Assembly (NCBI GenBank): GCA_002269645.1
Contig: NIVC01000779.1
Coordinates: forward strand, 1-64,000
Direction: 5' to 3'
Length of the DNA stretch: 64,000 nt
Origin: Macrostomum lignano
Lineage: Eukaryota
The notes beneath the pieces were generated by a model. That model was not told the origin of the DNA. It did no database searches and saw only the letters and a program-made list of their open reading frames with translations. Below, piece by piece: positions 36,480 through 48,796 of this stretch. Position 1 is the first letter of the stretch. Each line of letters begins with the position of its first letter. A program made the position numbers and the translations under genes.

Positions 36480-38010
36480 TCTCAACCCTTAAGCTATCAA
36501 GCTTAGACTCTAGTATAGATACTAGCAAATTCTTTGCAATAGGGCCTAGTGAGAACCCATTTAACAAATTTGCTATTAAGCTAGTTCACTAGGTTTAGCA
36601 GCTAGCAAGGACGAAGCATTGGACTGGCCAGAGGCAAGTAGTCAAGCAGCTTAGCAGTCCCAGTCTTGAACAAATTCTTCATAGAAGTTAAGCACTTTTT
36701 CTGATCTTTGATTCACAAGAGCTCTGCTATCCCCCCCAACCTTGCCGAACATATTAAATGGATATTTATTTCCCTACTCGCGTGAAGTGACTCAGAATTG
36801 AAAAAGTAGATATACCTGGCATCTCTATCATTCAAACAACAGCTTAAATTGTTCATGAGGCTTAAGAACCTCAGCTAGGAAGTTGAAAAAAAAATGCACC
36901 TTTGGGTCACATATGTTAGTCTTGATGCTCTCAAAGTTTGCTCCTTTTAGTTTCAACTCTAAAACATCCTAGATCAATGGCTACAGCAGTTGCAGGACTC
37001 ACTTAACAATGGGCAACAGTTGCAGCTAGTGAGTCTCAACTGGTTGCAAGAACACTAGCTGATGTATCTTATCAAACTCTCTAGCATTCATGTGCAGTTG
37101 ATCCCTCTTAGTCAGTGCAAATTTGAAGTAACAATAAATATTGCACATTAAAGTCTTTACTTTGATGCCCAAGTCAACAGTATCATATGCATATTTGGTA
37201 GCATTATGTATTTATACATCCACCTATGTCAACAACATTTTGCAGCTGCTCCTAGAGATGCACTATGAGACCAGACTTTGCACTTTGCATTATATTACAG
37301 TTGTTGGTTATCATTCCAACATACCTTTTGACATCTAGAGCACAATTGGTGATTGTATCTAATACCACTATTGCCATGTTCTTAGCAGTCATTGACAACA
37401 AGGCTAGTAGGTCAATGCACAGGATATTGATATTCAAGTGAGAAAATAAGTGCTGCAGTACAATACCTAGATACTTTGTACCCTTATTTGCCTTGTCTTA
37501 TTTGCCTTATTTGCCTTATTGTACCCTTATTGGCAGATAACTTTGCATCTTTTAGCATAACCTCTTTCATGTAGAAAAAGAAAGCATTGGTAATTAAGTA
37601 CACCATCTTGGAATGGTGTGACTACATTGCAGGCGGCACTTTTGAATTAGGACAGATAGTATGCAAATCAGTCAAGAGGTCTTCTTTGGACTTGAAACTT
37701 CTATTTTTTAGAATGGTCCTAATGCAACAACAAATCTCACTAGCCTTAAGCAGTTCACTTTCTGCATTGCCATTACATAGCCTTTCATTTGAGTCTTTGT
37801 CATGCTGCAGAAATGTCCTCATGCTTGGCAGAAATTGAATGACTTTTCAAGTTCATGATTCTGATGCAAAAAAGTCTTGCTTGCACCACATGCATGTAGC
37901 CATTATTTCATTTTTCTGCCATGCCCATTGGCCAATAAGGTATCTGTTTTCATTTTCAACCTTAAGCCAATTTTCATTCCAGTGAATGTTCTTTCTTGGC
38001 ATTGATGTAT
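36480..38010 (-). pseudogene. hAT transposase pseudogene, 5' part (zinc-finger-like N-terminus and catalytic core)
   Basis: HWNENWL...W..KNEIMATCMWCKQDF; ASEICCCIRTILKNRSFKSKEDL..ICPNSKV..M..SKMVYLI; GMITNNCNIMQSAKSG (cf. DNCNVMRG.KSG); FLQPVETH*L (cf. TRWL). The frame resumes after the P-element TSD. Confidence 0.8.
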
Positions 38011-38994
38011 TAGGAGAATGGGCTGAAATGTTCAATAAATAGATTGGTTATTAATAGAAACTTTTCCTAAATTTTAATTGCTAATTGTTTGACTGCTGAA
38101 TGCATCTTTGTTATAATATTGTATTACAGTATTACTATGCCATAGTATTAAAATTCCTATCTGTGCCTGAAAAATCTAGTATAGTAGTATGCATACATGC
38201 GCAGCTTCCCAAATTCAGTTGGCCGTGCAACTTATTTTAACAAAAAATGTGACAGTTTTTTGGCCAAAAATGCGACTTACCTGTGAAAGAAACCCTAAAG
38301 CAAAATTAATGGAATTTTGGGTAAAAATGCAGGAGTAACTATGACTGTCTTATAAGGGCTAAATACCTTATCATCTAATTAGTACTACATCTATTCTTTG
38401 GGCTGGGCATTTTTGCGACTTACCTTGGTTGGCCGACTGTTGTGCATGTATGGTAGCATGTCTATAATTTGTGCACATATGTAAGGAAAATAGGAAAATT
38501 ATTCTAAGAAATCAATTGTAATTAGGAATTTCAATTTGCATATATTTTACACCAGAACATTAAGTTTAAATTTGAGTAAAGTGTGCATAAATAGACTAAA
38601 CATGCTTAGTTTATCAGTAAAAAATGAAAATTCAAAAATTTAAAAATTGCACCTCTGCTTGACAAAAATTTGCGCCTGCCCTTAGAAATTGCATATTTTC
38701 ACCTCAATCACACTACTGGCTACAAGGGCCTATTACTATACAAGCTCTTAAAACCCAGTGAATTCTAATCCCTAAAACTATTTTGCATACATCCCTAAAT
38801 TTAAAGTGAACTCAGATAAACACCTTGTTAATAATAATAGTTAAAAAAGATGTATAATAAAAGTTATAGTAAATTTATGTTAAATTATGATTTAAGCCAA
38901 GCATTGATCTTGTTAGTTGGGGTTGTCACAGAATAATAGGCAATGCCTGTCTAAAACATGTATTAGCAAACTCTGGCCTCTGTCTCTGGTTCTT

Positions 38995-39655
38995 TAAAAT
39001 TTCTATCTTCTGTCTTATTTCTTCTATCTTTTCTTTTCTCTTTTCTCTTTTGTCTCTCCTCTCTTTCTTTTCTTCTTTTCTGTCCCCTCCTTTCTCTTTT
39101 TTATCTCATCTCTACTCTCTTATCTCTCCTCTTTTATCTCTGTTCTCTTATCCCTTCTCATTTCTATCTTCTCTCTTATCTCTCCGTACTTCTATCCACT
39201 TTCATCTCCTCTCTCATCTCTAATCTGTATTCTTATATTTATAATCTCTCCTCTCTTCTCTTAACTCTTTCATCTTTTCTCTATTCTTTCTCATCTCTGC
39301 TTTTTCTTCTTTACACTCTTATCTCATCTATCTTCTTTTTATTCTCTCCCCTCTTCTCTTCTCTGTTTCCTTTCTTCTCTCCTCTTTCTCCCTTCCCCTC
39401 TCACCTGTCTTCTTAATTCCCTCTCTTTTTTGTCTATCCTCTCCTCTATCCTCACTCTACTTCTCTCTCCTTTTGTCTCTTATCTCTTCTCTCTCCTCTC
39501 TCCCTTCTCTTTATTCTCTTCTCTTTTCCTTTTTCCTTTCTTCTTTTGCCACTTCTCTCTCCTTTCCTCTCGCTTCTCTCTCCCCTCTTCTCTCCTTTTA
39601 TCTTCTATCCTTTCTCTCATACCCTTTCTTGCCTATCCTCTCTCCTCTCCTTTTG
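38995..39655. repeat. CT-rich low-complexity (polypyrimidine) tract
   Basis: About 660 bp of nearly pure C/T. Confidence 0.95.
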
Positions 39656-40307
39656 AATTTAAATAATGCAAAAATTTAGCTTCTATACCTAACCTTTCAT
39701 TGATATAATTTATAATAGCAATATCAAAATATTATATTGCATGTACAAAATTACTATTCATAATTATCAACTTCTATTTGATGGTTCACTAATAGCAATA
39801 TAGAGAAATTATTTTATATAATAAACAATAAAATGTGTTCTCTAATATACTACTATTAGTAAAAGTAGATTCTGAAATAGATTCTGATAGACTGAAATAT
39901 TGGACAGATCTTTTTTAGTATTCTAGTAATACTCTAGTAATCTACATAGTAATCTAGAATCTAGTAATCTAATCTAGTAATCTAGTAATATAAAGTAGTA
40001 CTAAGTAATTTTAGTAATCAGTGTCCCCCATTAGGAAGCCCAGCAAAAATGGAATACAAACTTTTGAATAAACTTTACATGCAGCTTCTGACCTCAGCCT
40101 TTTCATCTTAGTAATTCCTACTGTAAGCCTTGACGTCTTAGCAATCCCCCCTATTTGCCTTTATGTTTTACATGACTTTTTTTATTCTGACATGACACTT
40201 CTTTTAGTATGCTATAGGTGCAAAAGCCAAGGAAAATTATATTTGTCTTTAACCCGCCATGTTTGTTTCAGTTTGAATAAAATCTGCCCTGTGAAAGACA
40301 ATTGGGC

Positions 40308-40700
40308 ATGTTAAGCAATTTTTGGCGCCGGCGTAGGCTACTGGGCTCATTCCTAGTTGCCGCATTCAGTCTGTATATATGCTGGGCTATTTATGCTTTG
40401 GCATACACTAGTTACCTGGCTGAAAATCCTCTACCTGAGATTGTTGTTGAGCCACCATTGGCCAAATATGCCAGAGTGAACTCTAGGCTAAGCATCAATC
40501 CTGACTCAGCTGCCAAAGCTAATGCTAATATCAAAAAGGCCAGTCCTCAGCAGGAGCGGAAAAAATCCATGTTTCATTTAGACGTGAGAAATCCACCATC
40601 TCTCCCAGATGGTCACGTGTCACTTAATGTGCCACACAATGAGCTTCGCAAGGTGCCATGGTGCGATAAAATTGATTTAAGCTCGCCAATTTCTGCTCAG
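40308..40700 (+). CDS. Glycosyltransferase family 92 (GALT-1/DUF23-like), exon 1: cytosolic tail, TM anchor and stem
   Basis: MLSNFWRRRRLLGSFLVAAFSLYICWAIYALAY is a type-II membrane anchor; ends at phase-0 GTAAGT donor (40701); TTTCAG acceptor at 40270-40271. Confidence 0.8.
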
Positions 40701-40924
40701 GTAAGTGCACTTATGAAATTTACAGTGAAATGCACTTGGTTTGTATAGACTATTGCATTCTGCCATCTGGCATGCCAAGAAAATTACTAATTTGATGACG
40801 AGGCACTTTCATATTTTAAGACAGTTAAAGTTACTCCAGCCGTTTACCCACATTGTCAAGATTTATCTATTAGAACACAATTTTCACATTTGGATAAAGC
40901 TGTAAGATGATAACTGTATGTTTC

Positions 40925-41810
40925 CCCGAGTGAGGGGGTCATCTGACGCCTACGCTACTATTTCATTGACAATTGGGAGGTCACCTGACCCCTACGCCAC
41001 CATTTCATTGACAAGAGGGTCACCTGACCCATGGACCACCATTTCATTGACAAAGGGGTCAGCTGACCCCTACACCATCATTTCATTGACAAGAGGGTCA
41101 CCTGACCCCTAGACCATTTCATTGACAATTGGGAGGTCACCTGACCCCTACGCCACCATTTCATTGACAATTGGGAGGTCACCTCACCCCTACGCCACCA
41201 TTTCATTGACAATTGGGAGGTCACCTGACCCCTACGCCACCATTTCATTGACAAGAGGGTCACCTGACCCCTAGACCACCATTTCACTGACAAGAGGGGT
41301 GACCTGACCCCTCACACGATTATTTCATTGACAAAGGGGTCAGCTGGCCCCTACGCCACCATTTCATTGACAAGAGGGTCACCTGACCCATGAACCACCA
41401 TTTCATTGACAAAGGGGTCAGCTGACCCCTACACCATCATTTCATTGACAAGAGGGTCACCTGACCCTTAGACCATTTCATTGACAATTGGGAGGTCACT
41501 TGACCCCTACGCCACCATTTCATTGACAAGAGGGTCACCTGACCCCTAGACCACCATTTCATTGACAAAGGGGTCACCTGACCCCTACACCACCATTTCA
41601 TTGACAAGAGGGTCACCTGACCCCTAGACCACCATTTCACTGACAAGGGGGGTGACCTGACCCCTCACACGATTATTTCATTGACAAAGGGGTCAGCTGG
41701 CCCCTACCACCAATTCATTGACAAGGGGGGTCACCTGACCCCTCACGATTATTTCATTGACAAGAAGTTGACTCCTAGACCAATATTTCATTGACAAGGA
41801 GGTCAGCTGA
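40925..41810. repeat. ~40-46-bp intronic minisatellite with palindromic GGGTCA-NN-TGACCC core
   Basis: About 20 copies of TTTCATTGACAAGAGGGTCACCTGACCCCTACGCCACCA in GT92 intron 1. Confidence 0.95.
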
Positions 41811-41885
41811 ACCCTCTCCCCCTCTGGATCCGCCGTCGCCCGCCCATCCTCAAACCTGTCATCCCCTATTCTGCTTATAATAAAG

Positions 41886-42187
41886 GAGCTCCGCTTTCTG
41901 AGCATCCACCCAAACGACAAGGACGTGCTCACTTACTCGGCCTACTACGATCGGCGCGAGAAATCCGGCCGGCCAGTTGTCCGAGCTGTCGGCATCGCCC
42001 TGGCCGGCCGGGCCAACGGCCTGCTCTGCCAATTGTGGTATCGCCGATACGCCGATGTGATGGCTGCTGTGCCAGCCAGCGTGGAGGTTGTGCCGGAGGG
42101 CAACGGCAGGCGCTACGATTCCGTGCTGCTCAGCTGCGAGAACAGGGCGCCTGACGGCGAGGCGCCCTACGCCGTGTCTTTTGCCAG
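41886..42187 (+). CDS. GT92 glycosyltransferase, exon 2
   Basis: AAAG acceptor, phase 0; DVLTYSAYYDRR...VVRAVGI...LLCQLWY...VPEGNGRRYDSVLLSC...PYAVSF, typical of the GT92 N-terminal domain; phase-2 GTAAGG donor. Confidence 0.9.
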
Positions 42188-42214
42188 GTAAGGTTTGGGT
42201 GCCATTGCCAACCC

Positions 42215-43015
42215 AATCCTGACTGAGGGTTAAAGATCCCAATCCTGAAGGGTGAAGGTTAAGGATCCCAATCCTGAATGGTGAAGGTTAAGGATCCCAA
42301 TCCTGAAGGGTGAAGGTTAAGGATCCCAATCCTGAGGTTAAGGATCCCAATCCTGAGGTTAAGGAACCCAATCCTGAGATTTAATGATCCCAATCCTGAG
42401 GGTTAAGGATCCCGATCCTGAAGGTTAAGGATCCCAATTCTGAGGGTTAAGGATCCCAATCCTGAGGGTTAAGGAAGGATCCCAATCCTGATGGTTAAAG
42501 AAGGATCCCAATCCTGAAGGTTAAAATCACGATCCTGAAGGGTGAAAGTTCCAATCCTGAAGCTTAAAGATCCCCATCCGGAGGTTAAGGATCCCCATCC
42601 TAAGTATTAATGATCCCAATCCTGAGGGTTAATGATCCCAATCCTGAGGGTTAATGATCCCAATCCTGAGGGTTAATGATCCCAATCCTGAGGGTTTAGG
42701 ATCCCAATCCTGAGGGTTAATGATCCCAATCCTGAAGGTTTAGGATCCCAATCCTGAAGTTTGAAAATCCCAATCCTGAGGGTTTAAGGATCCCAATCCT
42801 GAGGGTTTAGGATCCCAATCATGAGGGATTAAGGATCCCAATCCTGAGGGTTTAAGGATCCCCATCTTGAGGGTTTAAGGATCCCCATCTTGAGGGTTTA
42901 GGGATCCCCATCTTGAGGGTTTAAGGATCCCCATCTTGAGGGTTTAAGGATCCCCATCTTGAGGGTTAAGGATCCCCATCTTGAGGGTTTAAGGATCCCA
43001 GTTCTAAAGGTTTAC
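42215..43015. repeat. ~21-24-bp intronic minisatellite (AAGGATCCCAATCCTGAGGGTT)
   Basis: About 35 copies in GT92 intron 2. Confidence 0.95.
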
Positions 43016-43100
43016 GGTCCCAGTCCGAATGAATCCTAAAATGCCAATCCCAGTTCAGGATCAACAAATATTTAGAAATCCAGTGTCGTGTTTTTGCCAG

Positions 43101-43329
43101 ATCCGCCTGCGCCCAGCCCAACGGCATTCACTCTGTGCGCCCTTTGCCGGCTGAGCCGGTTGGCAACGGTCGCATCGCCGTGTGCGTTACTCCGTTAAAT
43201 CTGCACTACGATAAAGTAGACGAATTGGTGCAGACTTTCGAATTGAACCGGTTGTTTGGGGCCGATTGGTTCTTTGTGTATAATCATACTACTAGCGAGC
43301 GAATGACCAAAATGCTGGCTAATGAGCAG
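43101..43329 (+). CDS. GT92 glycosyltransferase, exon 3
   Basis: TTTTTGCCAG acceptor completes an AGA codon; IAVCVTPLNLHY..VDELVQTFELNRLFGADWFFVYN; phase-0 GTAAAG donor. Confidence 0.92.
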
Positions 43330-43449
43330 GTAAAGTTTGCAAATAACTTCATCTGTTTATATTCTTAGGCAATAAAGTTCTGTTAATCCGGTTATTAACC
43401 ATGATAAAAAGTGTGCGAAGTTTTGAGCTTGTAGTGACTACATACTGAA

Positions 43450-44938
43450 AGAGACTAGCTGAGGGACCATGGTCCATCATGAGAGACTAGCTGTAGGACC
43501 ATGGTCCATCATGAGAGACTAGCTGAGGGACCATCATGAGAGAGTAGCTGAAGGACCATCATGAGAGACTAGCTGAAGGACCATGGTCCATCATGAGAGA
43601 CTAGCTGAAGGACCATGGTCCATCATGAGAGACTAGCTGAAGGACCATGGTCCATCATGAGAGACTAGCTGAAGGACCATGGTCCATCATGAGAGACTAG
43701 CTGAAGGACCATGGTCCATCATGAGAGAGTAGCTGAAGGACCATGGTCCATCATGAGAGACTAGCTGAAGGACCATGGTCCATCATGAGAGACTAGCTGA
43801 AGGACCATGGTCCATCATGAGAGACTAGCTGAAGGACCATGGTCCATCATGAGAGACTAGCTGAAGGACCATGGTCCATCATGAGAGACTAGCTGTAGGA
43901 CCATGGTCCATCATGAGAGACTAGCTGAAGGACCATGGTCCATCATGAGAGACTAGCTGAAGGACCATGGTCCATCATGAGAGACTAGCTGAGGGACCAT
44001 GGTCCATCATGAGAGAGTAGCTGAAGGACCATGGTCCATCATGAGAGACTAGCTGAAGGACCATGGTCCATCATGAGAGACTAGCTGAAGGACCATGGTC
44101 CATCATGAGAGACTAGCTGAAGGACCATGCTCCATCATGAGAGACTAGCTGAAGGACCATGCTCCATCATGAGAGACTAGCTGAAGGACCATGCTCCATC
44201 GTGAGAGACTAGCTGAAGGACCATGCTCCATCATGAGAGACTAGCTGAAGGACCATGCTCCATCATGAGAGACTAGCTGAAGGACCATGCTCCATCATGA
44301 GAGACTAGCTGAAGGACCATGCTCCATCGTGAGAGACTAGCTGAAGGACCATGCTCCATCATGAGAGACTAGCTGAAGGACCATGCTCCATCGTGAGAGA
44401 CTAGCTGAAGGACCATGGTCCATCATGAGAGACTAGCTGAAGGACCATGGTCCATCATGAGAGACTAGCTGAAGGACCATGGTCCATCATGAGAGACTAG
44501 CTGAAGGAACATGGTCCATCATGAGAGACTAGCTGAAGGACCATGCTCCATCATGAGAGACTAGCTGAAGGACCATGCTCCATCATGAGAGACTAGCTGA
44601 AGGACCATGGTCCATCATGAGAGACTAGCTGAAGGACCATGCTCCATCATGAGAGACTAGCTGAAGGACCATGCTCCATCATGAGAGACTAGCTGAAGGA
44701 CCATGCTCCATCATGAGAGACTAGCTGAAGGACCATGCTCCATCGTGAGAGACTAGCTGAAGGACCATGCTCCATCGTGAGAGACTAGCTGAAGGACCAT
44801 GCTCCATCATGAGAGACTAGCTGAAGGACCATGGTCCATCATGAGAGACTAGCTGAAGGACCATGGTCCATCATGAGAGACTAGCTGAAGGACCATGGTC
44901 CATCATGAGAGACTAGCTGAAGGACCATGGTCCATCAT
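43450..44938. repeat. 32-bp intronic satellite with 12-bp palindrome GGACCATGGTCC, ~46 copies
   Basis: Unit CATGAGAGACTAGCTGAAGGACCATGGTCCAT; the variant ACCATGCTCC occurs in blocks. Confidence 0.97.
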
Positions 44939-44983
44939 GAAGCCAGTAATCAGTTTCAGCCCTCATTGGACGCCAAATTGCAG

Positions 44984-45622
44984 TTCGCCAGGGACCTCAC
45001 CATCCTGCCATTCCACCCGCCCGTGAAAGTGCACGTGTGGCCGCTGCCGCCAGGCTACACTGAGGACGTGAAGTACTATGCCCAGATGGCCATGCTGCAG
45101 GACTGCATTATGCGAGCCTCGGCAGACTTTGAATTTGCCGTATTCACCGACATGGATGAAGTGATTGTGCCCAGGTCTGCAGGTTTTAATAACTGGCGAG
45201 ATCTGATCCGGACTAAGATGCCGGACCTTGGCACTGGCGGCCTGTCATTTCAGAACACATTCTATCGGCTAGAATGGCCCAGCGATCCTCAGATAGCCGC
45301 CAACGCCACCATTGCCGGACTGAAATTGTCGGCCCTATTAAAGCTACGCCGGGAGGCGGTTATTTATTCGCACGGCTCCAGATCCAAGATGATTGTTAGG
45401 CCTCATTTTGTTAGAGTCATGGGCGTGCACAATGTCTGGCGCTATTTCAGCGGCAGCACGGCCTCCGTGGACTTCAACACTGCCGGCATGCATCACTACA
45501 GGAGCTGGGAGGGCGGCGGTGAGAAGAGCTTTGTGCAGGATCCGGTTATGCTGCGATACAGAGAGCAGCTGGTTGCTAGGGCTCTACGGGCCAGGACTGT
45601 GCTGGGCCTGCCTGTTAGCTAA
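44984..45622 (+). CDS. GT92 glycosyltransferase, exon 4 (catalytic DxD; alternative acceptor at 44960)
   Basis: YYAQMAMLQDCIMR...FAVFTDMDEVIVPR...FQNTFY...RSKMIVRP..V.VMGVHNV...MHHYR, then TAA. Confidence 0.93.
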   Translation, partial: FARDLTILPFHPPVKVHVWPLPPGYTEDVKYYAQMAMLQDCIMRASADFEFAVFTDMDEVIVPRSAGFNNWRDLIRTKMPDLGTGGLSFQNTFYRLEWPSDPQIAANATIAGLKLSALLKLRREAVIYSHGSRSKMIVRPHFVRVMGVHNVWRYFSGSTASVDFNTAGMHHYRSWEGGGEKSFVQDPVMLRYREQLVARALRARTVLGLPVS

Positions 45623-45689
45623 CTGATTGATGAGTAGCGGTCATTTTTTACCTAAGTTATCTCCTGTCACCCCTGCCTAATCCCACACT

Positions 45690-47090
45690 CCATGTGTATC
45701 TGTCCCCCATGCCCCATATTAATCACCATGCCTAATCCCACACCCCATATGTGTCTCTCCCCCATGCCTAATCCCACATCCCATATGTGTCTCTCCCCAT
45801 GCCTAATCCCACACCCCATATGGCCATATGTGTCTCTCCCCCATGCCTAATCCCACACCCCATATGTGTCTCTCCCCCATGCCTAATCCCACACCCCATA
45901 TGTGTCTCTCCCCATGCCTAATCCCACACCCCATATGTGTCTCTCCCCATGCCTAATCCCACACCCCATATGTGTCTCTCCCCATGCCTAATCCCACACC
46001 CCATATGTGTCTCTCCCCATGCCTAATCCCACACCCCATATGTGTCTCTCCCCATGCCTAATCCCACACCCCATATGTGTCTCTCCCCCATGCCTAATCC
46101 CACACCCCATATGTGTCTCTCCCCCATGCCTAATCCCACACCCCATATGTGTCTCTCCCCCATACCTAATCCCACACCCCATATGCGTCTCTCCCCATGC
46201 CTAATCCCACACCCCATATGTGTCTCTCCCCATGCCTAATCCCACACCCCATATGTGTCTCTCCCCATGCCTAATCCCACACCCCATATGTATCTCTCCC
46301 CCATGCCTAATCCCACACCCCATATGTGTCTCCCCCATGCCTAATCCCACACCCCATATGTGTCTCTCCCCATGCCTAATCCCACACCCCATATGTGTCT
46401 CTCCCCATGCCTAATCCCACACCCCATATGTGTCTTTCCCCCATGCCTAATCCCACACCCCATATGTATCTCTCCCCAATGCCTAATCCCACACCCCATA
46501 TTAATCACCATGCCTAATCCCACACCCCATATGTATCTCTCCCCCATGCCTAATCCCACACCCCATATGTATCTCTCCCCCATGCCTAATCCCACACCCC
46601 ATATGTATCTCTCCCCCATGCCTAATCCCACACCCCATATGTATCTCTCCCCCATGCCTAATCCCACACCCCATATGTATCTCTCCCCCATGCCTAATCC
46701 CACACCCCATATGTATCTCTCCCCCATGCCTAATCCCACACCCCATGTGTATCCCCATCCGCATCCCTAATCCCACACCCTTTATGTTTCCCTATCCCTA
46801 ATCCCACACCCCATATGTTTCCCCACCCCTAATCCCACACCCTATATGTTTCCCCATCCCTAATCCCACACCCCATATGTATCTCTCCCCCATGCCTAAT
46901 CCCACACCCCATATGTATCTCTCCCCCATGCCTAATCCCACACCCCATATGTATCTCTCCCCCATGCCTAATCCCACACCCCATGTGTATCCCCATCCGC
47001 ATCCCTAATCCCACACCCTTTATGTTTCCCTATCCCTAATCCCAGACCCCATATGTTTCCCCATCCCTAATCCCACACCCCACATGTCTC
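45690..47090. repeat. 35-37-bp minisatellite (ATGCCTAATCCCACACCCCATATGTGTCTCTCCCC) 3' of GT92
   Basis: About 38 copies starting ~70 nt after the stop codon. Confidence 0.97.
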
Positions 47091-47744
47091 CCCGTTCTTG
47101 TAACAATCTTGAATTTCTCCAGTCAAAAATTTCCATTACACGCACTAAACGTGGCAAATTAGTTAATTTTAAAGAAACAATACAGCTCATCGCATTAAAC
47201 TAATACAGCATGAGTGATGCGTGCAACGCCAAATTGAAGCATCATTTTATTTGCTGCTAGAGTAGAGAAACAAGCGAATTGTTTTCATTTTCTTACAAAA
47301 AATATAGCCTGCAATTGTACGCTAGATCTCCAAAGAAGCCTACTTATAGTAGGCTAATAATTTTTATATATATAATAATTTTTGGTTCTATGCTTTTTAC
47401 CCTTTTTATGTACAAGTACAATTGTACATAATCCTAATGGCTTAATAATATGATTAAAATATACTTAGTGCACACGGAACAAGTGCATATTTTTTAATTA
47501 TTTTAAACTCTCGCCTTTAATTTGTTTTGTTAAAAAAAACAAAAAAAAACTGTTCTTAGTATTTTAATACCAGTCTAATTTAATTGCTGAATAAGCACAT
47601 CATCTACTAGAATGACTTAGATAGGTCAATTAGGCATATATGCTTAGTAAGTAAAAATAGTTTTCTACTTTCAATTCAGTAGTAAGGAAGAACACAGAAG
47701 CTATTTTATAAATAGGACTAAGGTTTAGGCAGAGATAAAAAGAC

Positions 47745-48035
47745 TTGATAAATTTAGAAGCCAAAGCTTGCAGACGTATAACGGCTTACATAGAAATATA
47801 CATGGCTGGAGCACAGAGAAAGGCAATAAAATTTGGGCGGCAAGAGATTTCCTGTGAAAAGACGCGGTCGGATGGGGTTTGGCTGGGGGGAAAGGAGGTT
47901 AGAGGCCTTCGTCACTTCTCTATCCACCTTGCACACCCCGGGCTGTTGATGTACAATGTCTGCTAAACAGAATGTACATTTGCCCTGCACTGATAATAAA
48001 GAGTCACGTGGCTGCTATTACCTACTGCTACTCAG
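47745..48035 (+). pseudogene. Possible piggyBac transposase C-terminal remnant
   Basis: Across frames: DKFRSQSLQTY, TRSDG..HFSIHL..YNVC and KQNVHLPC..NKESRGCYY resemble the piggyBac Cys-rich tail (R.DG..HFP...C..C..KCNVHLC...R.CF); no TIR or TTAA found. Confidence 0.3.
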
Positions 48036-48796
48036 GCGGTTCAAATATTTACCGTTTTCACAAATAATATGCTATTTTCTCTACTTGCTACTAAACAGTA
48101 GAACAATGCGACCAACTGTGAATCGCATGAATTGGCATTGAAACTTGGAATTTAATTGAAAGTATTGATTTGTGATACTATTAATTTCCTCTGCTAATCC
48201 TACTAATGATTACTGGCTTATTTTATCTCAATCTACAAGTAAGTATAACGCGTCAAAACGCGATTGAAAGATTTTTTCTCTGCTTGTTAGTGCCAAAAAT
48301 TATAATGTCAAGCAAACCTTCTGTTGCTATGTTATACTAATATTCTAAAATTTGATCTTCTATTTATGGTTGCCTTTAGTTCCTTCAGTTCTGGCTGCAA
48401 CACATTTTGTATTACGCGTATTTCATAGTTAATTCTCTCGTTTTACTTTTAAAGGCTTACAATAGCATGAAAGAGTCCTATGTTCGATTGTATATTTCTT
48501 TAAAACTCATTAGTCTGTTGGTGTTTTATCTTCATTTTAAACAAACCAATGCTTTACGACTTAAGTAGCTAATGTCCTTTTCATACCAGCTACCGGAGAT
48601 ACATTCACGCGAAAATGCCTTCTTGGTTTAACTAACTTTTTTCTCTTTCCTAAATTGTTTCTTTAAAAAATATATTCTGATACATTTTCCTTCTCTGCTG
48701 TCTAAAGCTTGCTGTTGCAAAATGTGAAATCGTCAGATTCTTGAATTTACTAGCAATCAAAGCAAATTCTTCTTTATTTTTATTAGCAGACTTGTA

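Noticed and set aside
43450-44938. CRISPR-like regular 32-bp repeats with a palindrome (also the arrays at 53.7 and 60.0 kb)
   Set aside because: No unique spacers, no cas genes, and eukaryotic intronic context; these are plain tandem repeats.
45988-47014. Many MGCGIRH / MPNPTPH repeat ORFs
   Set aside because: Products of the 35-37-bp minisatellite downstream of the GT92 stop codon.
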